Assembly: GCA_048213135.1 (NCBI GenBank)
Contig: PS015032.1
Coordinates: 1-34,607, forward strand
Direction: 5' to 3'
Source of the DNA: Reclinomonas americana ATCC 50394
Taxonomy: Eukaryota
Length of the DNA stretch: 34,607 nucleotides
The notes below the pieces were generated by a model. It was not told the DNA's origin. It saw only the letters and a program-made list of their open reading frames with translations, and searched no databases. Shown here in pieces: positions 13,301 through 22,249 of this stretch. Numbering within the stretch: the stretch's first letter is position 1; each line of letters starts with the position of its first letter. A program made the translations under genes and the position numbers.

Positions 13301-14687
13301 GCTGGACATTCGTAGCCGTTGGAACTGGACGATACCGCGTTGTTGGAGAATCGTGACCCCACAATACTGAGCACGCCAGCATTATTGACAAATAATGCTC
13401 CACCACCCACTTGACTGGAGCCAGACATGGAGTCCGGATACCCATTGCCGCAATCTGCGACGAGATTGCCCGACCACGTGCTGTTGAAGTCGGCCAGGCT
13501 CACTTGGTTCGCATCGGTGATGTATACAGCTCCGCCACCCACGTAGTCATGCGACAGGCCCGTGACAGTGTTGCCGTGAAACTCGCAACTGATCAGAGAA
13601 ACGTCAAGCAGGATCGATCCTGCACCGTAAACAAACACCGCGCCGCCACCGACGCCACCGTGGGAGGCCGAGAAATCTCCACTGCCCGTGACATTGTTAC
13701 CAACAAAAGAGGAGCTGGCGATGGTTATGACGGATGAGACGTCCGCAGGCAGCTCTACGGCAATCGCAGCGCCAGCAGCATCGGTGCCCGATTTGGCGCA
13801 CTTGACGAAACTGCTGTCCAGCACGCTCAACTGCATCACCTGTCCCTGCACGAGCAGTGCTGAGCCCGCTGCACGAGTCGCCGCCGTGGCCTGGTGATTC
13901 TGAAACATGCAGTCAGCTACCGTTAGAGTGGACGACGTCGTGGCAGTGAGTGCCACTGCCCCACCCGACAGTGAACCGGTGAACGTGCAGTCCGTCAGAG
14001 TCACCGTGCTCACGTGCACGCCTGGATTCGTCGCGAGAGCGGTCCACGCCACGGCCGGTGCTGTCTGCGACCCGCCAACGACATTCACACCCGTCAAGTG
14101 GAATTCGGCGGCCTGCAAGACGCGGAACACGCTGGCGGTCGATGGCATGTGGATGGTGGCACCAGAGGCATGCACGGTGACATTGCGACCTGGGTTGCAG
14201 GTGTGAAGCCAGAGAACAGAGGCAGGGCGGGGAGATGGTGGCTACATCGCACCTGAACTCTGCAACTGAGTGGTAGCATCGTACTCGCCAGGTGCCATCG
14301 ACACAACGAGTGACCAGGCAGGCGAATTGGCGGAGAACATTTGAGTCGCAGAGCAGGATGCTATCGCCTGCGCAAGAGTGCATGGTTGCGCTGCAGACAC
14401 ACCGCACGCGGCACTGTTCGCACTGCCACTGGGCGACACGAAAACTGCGCAAGGAATTCGAAAATGCTGTCAGCGCAAGTGGCATCAATGAAACAGCACG
14501 CGCACACACGCAGGATCCCAACAGTGCCTTCACAAGTGGTCGCAGAGCTTGTTTGTAGTGTCCAGTCGTGCTCGTGCCAGTTGCCCATGTCACGAACAAC
14601 AGCGAGAGCTACGCCCGCGAACCACATCGATAACAGAATGAGCGACAAGAGATAAACTCTGCGCCGCTCCCGTCTCGGCAAGGCCAT
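4339..14687 (-). CDS. Large cell-surface multi-pass membrane protein: signal peptide, Pmp-like GGA(I/L/V)/FxxN parallel beta-helix repeats, Cys-rich (ephrin-receptor-like) stalk, about 7 TM segments, low-complexity tail
   Basis: Hand splicing of about 33-34 GT-AG introns gives an open frame from ATG 14687 (MALPRRERRRVYLLSLILLSMWFAGVALA) to TGA 4339, roughly 2600-2700 aa by estimate. Motifs: FVSPSG...C...PC, dozens of FxxN...GGA[VIL] repeats, CPAGLYYVDKEGCQACPEGKYS, PLCGACSEGF, FGSLYEQYRP..W, HLFVRPY...NTLE. Confidence 0.88.
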
Positions 14688-14845
14688 AAGTTCGAGGATC
14701 GGCGCCGATGGCCGACAGGAGAGTGAACGCACGAATAAAGCCAACAAACACGAAAAAAAGAAAAGAGGCGGACAGCGCTGGCCGCCAATATAATAAATTG
14801 CACGCTGCGGTCGAGCTTGAGATCCTCCGCTTGCAGTCACATGCG

Positions 14846-15691
14846 GTGGCGGCGGCGTGAGAGGCCATGGTGCAGGTTACGTGTGAAGACCGTGTGTGTC
14901 TGTGTGTGTGCGTGTGTGTGTGCGTCATGACGCTCATCCCCTTTTGCGACCGGCGCAGGAGGACCTGGTCACGCTGTTGAATCGCCATGAGGGTGGCTTC
15001 CGCACGTCGTCGCACAAGGTGCGTTGAGTGATCGATTGGCGAGCGAGAGAAAGCGATCGCGCGTTTTTTTTTGTCGTTTTCATTGCCTCATGTGTGTGCA
15101 TGCAGACGACCATCGAGCGACTGGATGAGCTGTTTATCGCGTTTGAGATGAACAAGATCGAGCTGGAGCGGCGATTGGCTGCGTTGCAGCGGGAGCAGGA
15201 GGCTGTGAGTGTGTCGCGCGACAATGCGACGCGGGTGACCACCCAGCTGCATCAGGAGGAGGCGAGAAGAGCACGCATGGAGCAGAATCGCGAGGTTGAA
15301 CGGGCATCGGCAGAGACACAGCGGCGGGTGGCGGAGGACCTGCGGGAGGCGCTGGATCGTGCCACGGCGAGGGCGCTGGAGCCGAGGCGCAGACTGCAAC
15401 ACGCATGGTGGAGCTGAACAAGCGCTAGCAGGCGCAGGTGTATCAGGAGGTGCGCGCTGATCGAACGCGCCTCCTCGATCGTGTCGGACAGCTGGAGGAG
15501 GAGCTGCGACGGACACAGGCGCAGCTGCACGACGCCATGCGCTCCAGAGAGATCACCGCCACCTCGGCGCTCACCGACGCCTGTCGCGAACTGGACATGC
15601 GCGAGACCAATATGCGCGTCGAGTTCGAGCGGCTGCTGCAGGAGCCCGATGCCGAGCTCGAGGTACACGCGCTGCGACTCAGGAGTACCGT
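14846..15691 (+). pseudogene. Decayed fragment of a coiled-coil protein gene, introns retained
   Basis: Splices to AVAAA*EAMVQ|EDLVTLLNRHEGGFRTSSHK|TTIERLDELFIAFEMNKIELERR... with TGA 14858-14860, frameshift near 15380, TAG 15426-15428 and a probable frameshift near 15678. Confidence 0.65.
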
Positions 15692-15778
15692 TTGGTGCGC
15701 ACCCTGCGTCCACTCTTCGCTGCTTCGTCACTGCGCGAAACGATCATCGAACTCACCCTGCTGTTTTCTGCACAGTAT

Positions 15779-16083
15779 ATGGATAACAAGAACAACATGG
15801 CTGCAGTTGCGTTGCTCTCGCGCACGCTCTCCTTTTTCCACTGTGCACGATTACTTATTGTGTTCTCTGCCATCGCAGCAAGGTGACGAGGCGGCAAAAA
15901 AGAAGAGAGAGAGAGATAGAAAGAAAGAGAGAGAAGAGAGAGAGAGAGAGGTGGACGATATCTGTCACTCATGCAGACACGCACAGGTCCACCCGCTCCC
16001 ATGGCTGCGCAGCCCGTCGGTATGCAACCAGCGTACTATCCGCCACCTCCTGCGCCCGGCGGAACATACCCCATGCAGCCCAT
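15779..16083 (+). pseudogene. Pro/Met/Gln-rich N-terminal gene fragment
   Basis: Possible splice MDNKNNMAA|QG|PPAPMAAQPVGMQPAYYPPPPAPGGTYPMQPM; no continuation found. Confidence 0.4.
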
Positions 16084-16104
16084 GTCACACCTCTCCATCT
16101 CCCG

Positions 16105-16463
16105 CGCTCGAACTGATGACCAACCATGGCCAAACGACGATGCTCTCGATGTGGGTGGACGGTGCTCTCACCCTTATCGCTCTGGACGCTTCTCAACTCG
16201 CTGTACACGTCGCGTGATTCCTGTACCTGTCTGCGCGTGCGCGACCAGAGGACGGTGGGCTGGTGGGACTTGTCATTTCGTTGCTCATTGATGACGGCAT
16301 GGATTTGTCGATGCATGGTTTCACTGTGGACGCCACGAGACTCTCCCGAGACTGGTATGTGGCCGAAGGAGTGCTGTGCCATCCGACGAAGCTGGTGACG
16401 TCAGCCGATGTGAGAGCATGGGCAGAGAGTGGTGTGATCAGAGGACTTTATGCTCCTGCGACG
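16105..16463 (+). pseudogene. Unidentified exon-like fragment with internal stop
   Basis: ...MLSMWVDGALTLIALDASQLAVHVA*FLYLSARARPEDGGLVGLVISLLIDDG...GLYAPAT, with in-frame TGA at 16215-16217 and a possible donor GTATCG after it. Confidence 0.4.
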
Positions 16464-16502
16464 GTATCGGTGTTTCCTCGCTCTCTGCTTGTGGCTCTCA
16501 TG

Positions 16503-16712
16503 GGATGAAGGGATGGTGGGAGGCGAAGCATGTGGGACACCACCTGCTGCTGTCGATGGGTTGGTGGTGGTGCGCGTTGTCGATGGATTCATCGATGATT
16601 GATGAAGGGATGGTGGTGGTGCGCGCGCTGTCGATGGACTCGATCCATGGATGCGCGCTGTCGATGGTCATCCATGATTGATGATGTGAGAGGGAGGTCG
16701 ATGGGTGATGAC
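16503..16712. repeat. Degenerate short tandem repeats built on (GCGCGCTG)TCGATGG and GATGAAGGGATGGTGG
   Basis: At least five TCGATGG copies between 16550 and 16705; two GATGAAGGGATGGTGG copies. Confidence 0.8.
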
Positions 16713-16743
16713 CGTGTGCGAGAGAATCGGGTGGTAAAAACGA

Positions 16744-16763
16744 GGGGGGAGCGCGTTCCCCCC
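16744..16763. other. GC-rich hairpin GGGGGGA-GCGCGT-TCCCCCC
   Basis: Perfect 7-bp stem, flanked by A5 (16736-16740) and T5 (16769-16773). Confidence 0.8.
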
Positions 16764-17308
16764 CGCTATTTTTGGGTCATTTTCCTTATATCAGTGGCGC
16801 CGTCACAATTGTCCAGGGCGCCGATTATTTCTACTATATATTACTTATATATGAACCCTCCCGTTCCCATTACTACTATTATATTACTTTTCTAGAAGAA
16901 GGAAAGAAGGATAAGGTTTCCACCTCCCCTCTTCCAACCGCGACGTCAACATGAACGACTCGACCATCGATCATCATCCATATATACGATTGAGGGTTCA
17001 TATCATGGCAGAACCGACCGGTAAGCAGCAGGTGGTCTCTCGCACCTGTGTTGCTCTCTGCAAGAAGCATCAGGCAGCGTTACTGCTTTGCCTTCGCCGT
17101 CGATCCCATGCTGTATGCAAGGCAGCTGAGTTGCTCTCTGGATGAGGCATCGGTGTTGCCTTAGTTCCCTTCGGCATCGACTTCAGTTGTGCCGCTCTCT
17201 GCACGAGGCACCACGGGCGGCCGTGCAGCGATGACTGTAGCATCGTGCGATCGAGTTACGCTGCCCTTGCTTGCATATACATCACCTTCGACTCCCCACC
17301 TCTCAGTC

Positions 17309-17941
17309 TCACATCACTGTACACTTGCACATGGGTGGATCATCGGCGGGCTTGGAGATGGTTACCGGCAAGTACACCTCCACCACGCTCTCGGCTCGTG
17401 CACGATTCTGCCCGAGCGTCATATCCAGGAAGCCCAAGTAGCCGTCGACATGCACCGACAGCGCGTCTGCCCGACACCAACATAGACAGATGAGCGACTC
17501 TTTTTGGAGACTGCCAGTGTCGTGCAAAACCAAAAAACCTCTTCTCTGCATGGTGGTATACAACAAATCGAGCGGCGTGCTGCTCAGCCGCGCATTGAGA
17601 AACCACGAGAGCTTGTCATTGGGAGTGCGCACAATGAAGCGCACAGTGACCACTGGGTCGGGATCGTAACCCTGAAGAGGAGAAAGAGAGTGAGAAGGGA
17701 GGGAGGAGAAGGGAGGGAGAAGAAAAGGTAGAGAGTCGCTGAGCAAGTGAAGGGGTGATCTGCAGCAGTAGTCTCTACGATGCACTGATCACGCGAGCTC
17801 TCTGTCTCTCACTGTGAGTGTGCGTGTGAGTGTGTCGCACGTGAACGGGTGATCTGCATCAGTCTCTGCAATGCACGGGTCGTCACCTCCTTCCTCTGTG
17901 CATCACTCGCAGGTCAAGAAGATGCACTGCTCGCCCTCCCG

Positions 17942-17974
<33 letters not shown>

Positions 17975-18073
17975 CGTGTGTGCATCTCTCGCAAGTGAAG
18001 GGATGATCTGCGTCGTCTCTCACACGCTCTTCCTCCACATTGTGCATCATTCGCGGGTCAAGAAGTTGCACTA

Positions 18074-18106
<33 letters not shown>

Positions 18107-18249
18107 TGTGTGCATCTCTCGCAGGTGATAGGTGATCTGCATCTCTCGTCTGTGATACACTGCAGGCCTCTCTCCTCCCTCCTTCTCCCCCATTCCCTGC
18201 CTCCCTTCCTCCCTCCACACTCAACGACAATGCCTGAGGTCTGCTCCAT
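17309..18249 (-). CDS. Putative small protein with a ubiquitin/SUMO-like (Rad60-SLD-like) domain
   Basis: Exon from the acceptor at 17671; removing an in-frame 72-nt intron (17467-17538) gives VTVRFIVRTPNDKLSWFLNARLSSTPLDLLYTTMQRRDALSVHVDGYLGFLDMTLGQNRARAESVVEVYL, a beta-grasp-like pattern. The first exon (MEQTSGIV, ATG 18249) and the 3' end are uncertain. Confidence 0.4.
17750..18160. repeat. Roughly 145-bp tandem duplication containing compound (CT)n(GT)n microsatellites
   Basis: TGTGCATCA.TCGC.GGTCAAGAAG.TGCACT...(CT)n(GT)n GCATCTCTCGCA.GTGA occurs near 17897 and 18042; GTGATCTGCA also recurs. Confidence 0.85.
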
Positions 18250-18886
18250 GCCACAACATAGACAACCAACACTCGTCGTCGTCCTCCGTCGTCCTCTTCT
18301 CCTCTCACACAAANNNNNNNNNNNNNNNNNNNNNNNNNNNNNNNNNNNNNNNNNNNNNNNNNNNNNNNNNNNNNNNNNNNNNNNNNNNNNNNNNNNNNNN
18401 NNNNNNNNNNNNNNNNNNNNNNNNNNNNNNNNNNNNNNNNNNNNNNNNNNNNNNNNNNNNNNNNNNNNNNNNNNNNNNNNNNNNNNNNNNNNNNNNNNNN
18501 NNNNNNNNNNNNNNNNNNNNNNNNNNNNNNNNNNNNNNNNNNNNNNNNNNNNNNNNNNNNNNNNNNNNNNNNNNNNNNNNNNNNNNNNNNNNNNNNNNNN
18601 NNNNNNNNNNNNNNNNNNNNNNNNNNNNNNNNNNNNNNNNNNNNNNNNNNNNNNNNNNNNNNNNNNNNNNNNNNNNNNNNNNNNNNNNNNNNNNNNNNNN
18701 NNNNNNNNNNNNNNNNNNNNNNNNNNNNNNNNNNNNNNNNNNNNNNNNNNNNNNNNNNNNNNNNNNNNNNNNNNNNNNNNNNNNNNNNNNNNNNNNNNNN
18801 NNNNNNNNNNNNNNNNNNNNNNNNNNNNNNNNNNNNNNNNNNNNNNNNNNNNNNNNNNNNNNNNNNNNNNNNNNNNNNNNNCGTCA

Positions 18887-20236
18887 ATGAGCAACGATCC
18901 AACGTTGCACACCTCCACACCCGCCTTCTCCACGCCCGCTCACTCACTCACGCTCTTCCCGCACAGCTTGGCCGCATATTACAGCTCGCGTCGCTCAACG
19001 ACAACAACACCAACAACGCGAACTCGGCCTTTGCCTCCAATGCCCGTCGATCGCTTGGCGCGAGTGCCTTACGGTCCACTGCTGCCTGGAGTCGAGGCCG
19101 AGCGAGCACAGGAAGCACCAGTGATGGCCATGGAGGCAGATGCGTTGGCGCGGCATGTGAATGCGATCATAAGGAACAATGGTAAGCTTGCTGGCGATCG
19201 TTNNNNNNNNNNNNNNNNNNNNGCTCTGTGTGTGAGGGAGTGAGAGAGAGCACAGTGAGTATGCGTGCTTGTCTCGCTCTCATCCCGCGACAGCCACGCT
19301 TTCTCGTTTGCTTCCCGCGCGTGCGTCGGAGGGCACTCGATGGCATACTGCTTCCGCTGCTGGCGATGACGATGATGAAGGCAACGTGCTGGCAGTCGTG
19401 CAGCAACGCTCGTTCGAGGAGAGCTCGTCGAGGCCACCGCTGCCTCCTCGCGGAGGGCATGTGCGTGTGGAGCCTGAGTCGCTGGAGGAGGAGCAGGAGG
19501 AGCATGGGCGGCGTCCGAGTCGTGGTGGAGTGCGACGTGGGGTTGTCGAGTCGTTTGTGAGCTTGCGGGAGTACGACTGTCGCGTGTGCTTGTCGGAGAT
19601 GACGCGCACCAATGTCACCGTGTGCCTGCCGTGCTTTCATCGCTTCTGCTTTGCGTGCATCAAGTTGCGCAGCGACGTGAGGGAAGAGGTGGGTGATCGT
19701 GGTGGGCTCACACTCGCTGTGTGTCGCAGAAAGTGGATGAAGACGCACACTGCATGCGCCCTCTGCAACGCGCAGGTGCAGTACCTGTTGTACACCATTC
19801 GCTCGTCGACGGATTACAAGGTGCGTGGGGGGGAGGGCGAAAGGGGAAGCCAGTGTCTTACCGCTTGTCGTGCAGATCATGGACTACTCGAATCGTGCGC
19901 CGTTGCCCGAGTCCACCGGCACATTGGATCCACTGAAGCCGCCACCACCGCCAGCGGCGAATGCTGGGAAGGAAGGTGGCGACGACGACGTGCAGGTCAT
20001 TCCGGCGCCAGAAGCGAAGAAGAAAATGGAGCGTGAAGATGGCTGACCGTGCAGCAGCACAACAGGAATCGATCTGCGAGTGTGGAGCCAACCTCGACAG
20101 CGCTGTGGCATGGAGGATGCACGTGGACTGCGTCGTGCAGAGGCTGGGATTGCAGCTGGCATCGAGCAGCTACATCACGAGTTGCAGTTATGGAGGCTGG
20201 GATCGCGGGAGGCAGTCCGGTCTGTCGCGTCCTTGA
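18887..20236 (+). CDS. C3HC4 RING finger protein, TOPORS-like E3 ligase
   Basis: Removing intron 19664-19729 gives CRVCLSEMTRTNVTVCLPCFHRFCFACIKKWMKTHTACALCNAQVQYLLYTIRSSTDYK, which matches the TOPORS-type RING and its downstream motif. The start lies next to a gap. The end is TGA 20046 or, with one more intron, TGA 20236. Confidence 0.8.
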
Positions 20237-20646
20237 GAAAGCAATGCAAAGTGCCTTTGATTCGTTTGCCGTTCTACTTCTTGAACTGCATTGCGACGTC
20301 GTCTTGTTTCCAGTTCACTCGACTGTCGCAGCCGCGTATTCTGCTGCAGAAACGCCAACAACAGTTCAACTTTCTATCGCACTTTGTCCGCAATGTCTTG
20401 CTTGCTGGTGCTCAAGATAATGATCTTCATGCGGCCATGCATGAGTTTGCTGAATTCGAATTCGAATTCCGAAACACAAACGCAGTCCGTGTTTGTTTGT
20501 TTGTTTGTTTGCTTGTTTGTTTGGCCGCATATAAGCGTTTGTTCTGCACATCTCGACTTGCAGCGAATGAGTCTCGAAGTCAGTGGACAGTGGCCAATTG
20601 CACCGCGAGCACCGGTCGTTGTTTTACGTAAGATCATCTTTGCGTC

Positions 20647-21601
20647 ATGGCTTTCAACGGAGACACTCGCCAGCGTGCTTACCCGCGCCTNNNNNNNNNN
20701 NNNNNNNNNNGTTCTCCTTTGTTATCCCCGTACCTGCCTTCCCCCTCTCGCCCTCCCCCTCTCTCCCTCCCCCTCTCTCCTCCCTCCTCGCTCTCCTCCC
20801 CCTCTCTCCCTCCCCCTCCTCACTGTCCTCCTCCTCACCTCCCCATCTCCGCAGGACGACGTCGTGTGCAGCGAGAACCGCGCTCGCAAGAACATGGAGA
20901 GTGTGGCCAACCTGGTGGAGCGTCGTGATGTTGCGTCCTTTCCTTCTCCTTCACGCTTCCTCACGCCCCTTTACCTAACAATGTGACTCAGGTTCAACTA
21001 CCCATCCAATCATCGTCGCGAGCGGACTACTCTGGCGCACAGCCACTTGGCAAGACCGTGGGCAAGAAGGAGGCGCTCCGTGAGTTGCAGCTGCGACAGG
21101 AGGCTGAGTTGCGCAAAGTAGTGTCGCCTCCCGAGTATCACCGCTTGGCCTGACGCACTCCATGCGCACAGGGAGATTGTGCGACAGCAGCAGGAGGGCA
21201 TGCGGGAAAAGCCGGAGCCGCTGAGCACGACACAGAGGGAGATGCTGGCTTCGGCGGCGGCGTCGGTCACTGGACCGCAAATACGTGAGTGGATCGTCGT
21301 TTTGGCGTGACACTAGATCCGACGCTGAAGGCTGACATCGTAACGCGCTGTAGATTATGATGAGCCGCTGGAGACATCAGATCCTGTGACGCTGTACTCA
21401 CACAGCGGCACGATGAAGTCGGGAATGACGGCGCCCACTGGTGAGTGTCTCCCTTTCCCCCACTGCCTTTCCAATCCCTTCCCGCCGACTCCTCTCTCTT
21501 CTTGGACAGGCCCCAACAAGCTCGGTCGCAATCACCACTTCTCGACTCCCATCGAGATCTATCGCCCCAAGTCCGGCGTTCCGATCATGAAGGATTTGTA
21601 G
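20647..21601 (+). CDS. SPAG8: SPAG8/FAP143-like axonemal microtubule inner protein
   Basis: Exons 20647-gap, 20855-20929, 20992-21107, 21172 onward and two more. They give SSRADY...VGKKEALRELQLRQEAEEIV...STTQRE and DPVTLYS...SGMTAPTGPNKLGRNHHFSTPI, resembling SPAG8 GKRE..LE and FRKNCSFSTP. Stop TAG 21599-21601. Recognised from recalled motifs. Confidence 0.7.
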
Positions 21602-21672
21602 AAGTAGTAGGCAAGGGCGCACAACCTGTACGAGAGAGTGTTTCGTGGTGGAGGACTGTGATACAAACATAT

Positions 21673-22190
21673 GTGGTATATTAACAGCAACAACAAGTGG
21701 AGACTATTCAGTACTATGGCGGCGGCGACGACCGCACACTAAACACTCTCTGATCAGGCAGCACGTACGTGGTATTAACACACATGATTAGTGGAGACTA
21801 TGACGGCGGCGACGACAACGACGACCGCACACCAACTCTGATCAAGCAGACAACAACAACATGATTAGTGGAGACTATTCAGTACTATGATGGCGGCGGC
21901 GGCGGCTACCGCACACTAAACATCTCTGATCAAGCAGCACGTACGTGGTATTAACACACATGATTAGTGGAGACTACGGCGGCGGGGACGACAACGACGA
22001 CCGCACACGAAAACACTCTGAGCAGAACATACGTGATACATTAACAACAGCAACAACGCACATGAATAGTGGAGATTATGGCGGCGACTCTGATCAAGCA
22101 CAACATACTTGGTATATTAATAACAACAACAGATTAGTAGAGAAACTATTCAGCACTATGCACACTAAACACTCTCTGATCAAGCAGCAC
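21673..22190. repeat. Minisatellite, about six degenerate 68-102 bp units
   Basis: GTGGAGACTA-like anchors at 21697, 21791, 21868, 21967, 22069 and 22137; shared CCGCACAC, CTCTGATCAAGCA and ATGATTA blocks. Confidence 0.9.
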
Positions 22191-22249
22191 ATTATCCGCT
22201 GCTTGCTCCGCTAACTTGGATTCTCCCCCTCCTCCCACTTCATCGATGG

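Noticed and set aside
7316-14175. Bacterial Pmp autotransporter or contamination
   Set aside because: The gene has dozens of spliceosomal introns and ends in alpha-helical TM segments, not a beta-barrel.
15426-15428. In-frame TAG in a Gln-rich coiled coil (and TGA at 14858 and 16215) suggesting stop-codon reassignment
   Set aside because: The intact genes splice into thousands of codons with no internal stop, TAG, TGA and TAA all serve as terminators, and the affected region also has frameshifts, so decay explains it.
16736-16773. Bacterial rho-independent terminator
   Set aside because: The shape fits, but the surrounding genes are spliceosomal and there is no prokaryotic ORF upstream.
16831-16889. 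CRESS-DNA virus origin (TATTAC cores)
   Set aside because: The motifs do not fit NANTATTAC, are not in a hairpin loop, and no Rep ORF is nearby.
20200-20640. Protein-like readings on either strand between the RING and SPAG8-like genes
   Set aside because: The minus frame is broken by stops and the plus frame runs through (GAATTC)n and (GTTT)n repeats; more simply 3' UTR plus promoter.
21673-22190. CRISPR-like array
   Set aside because: The sequences between anchors are homologous to each other rather than unique spacers, unit lengths vary, there are no cas genes, and the context is eukaryotic.
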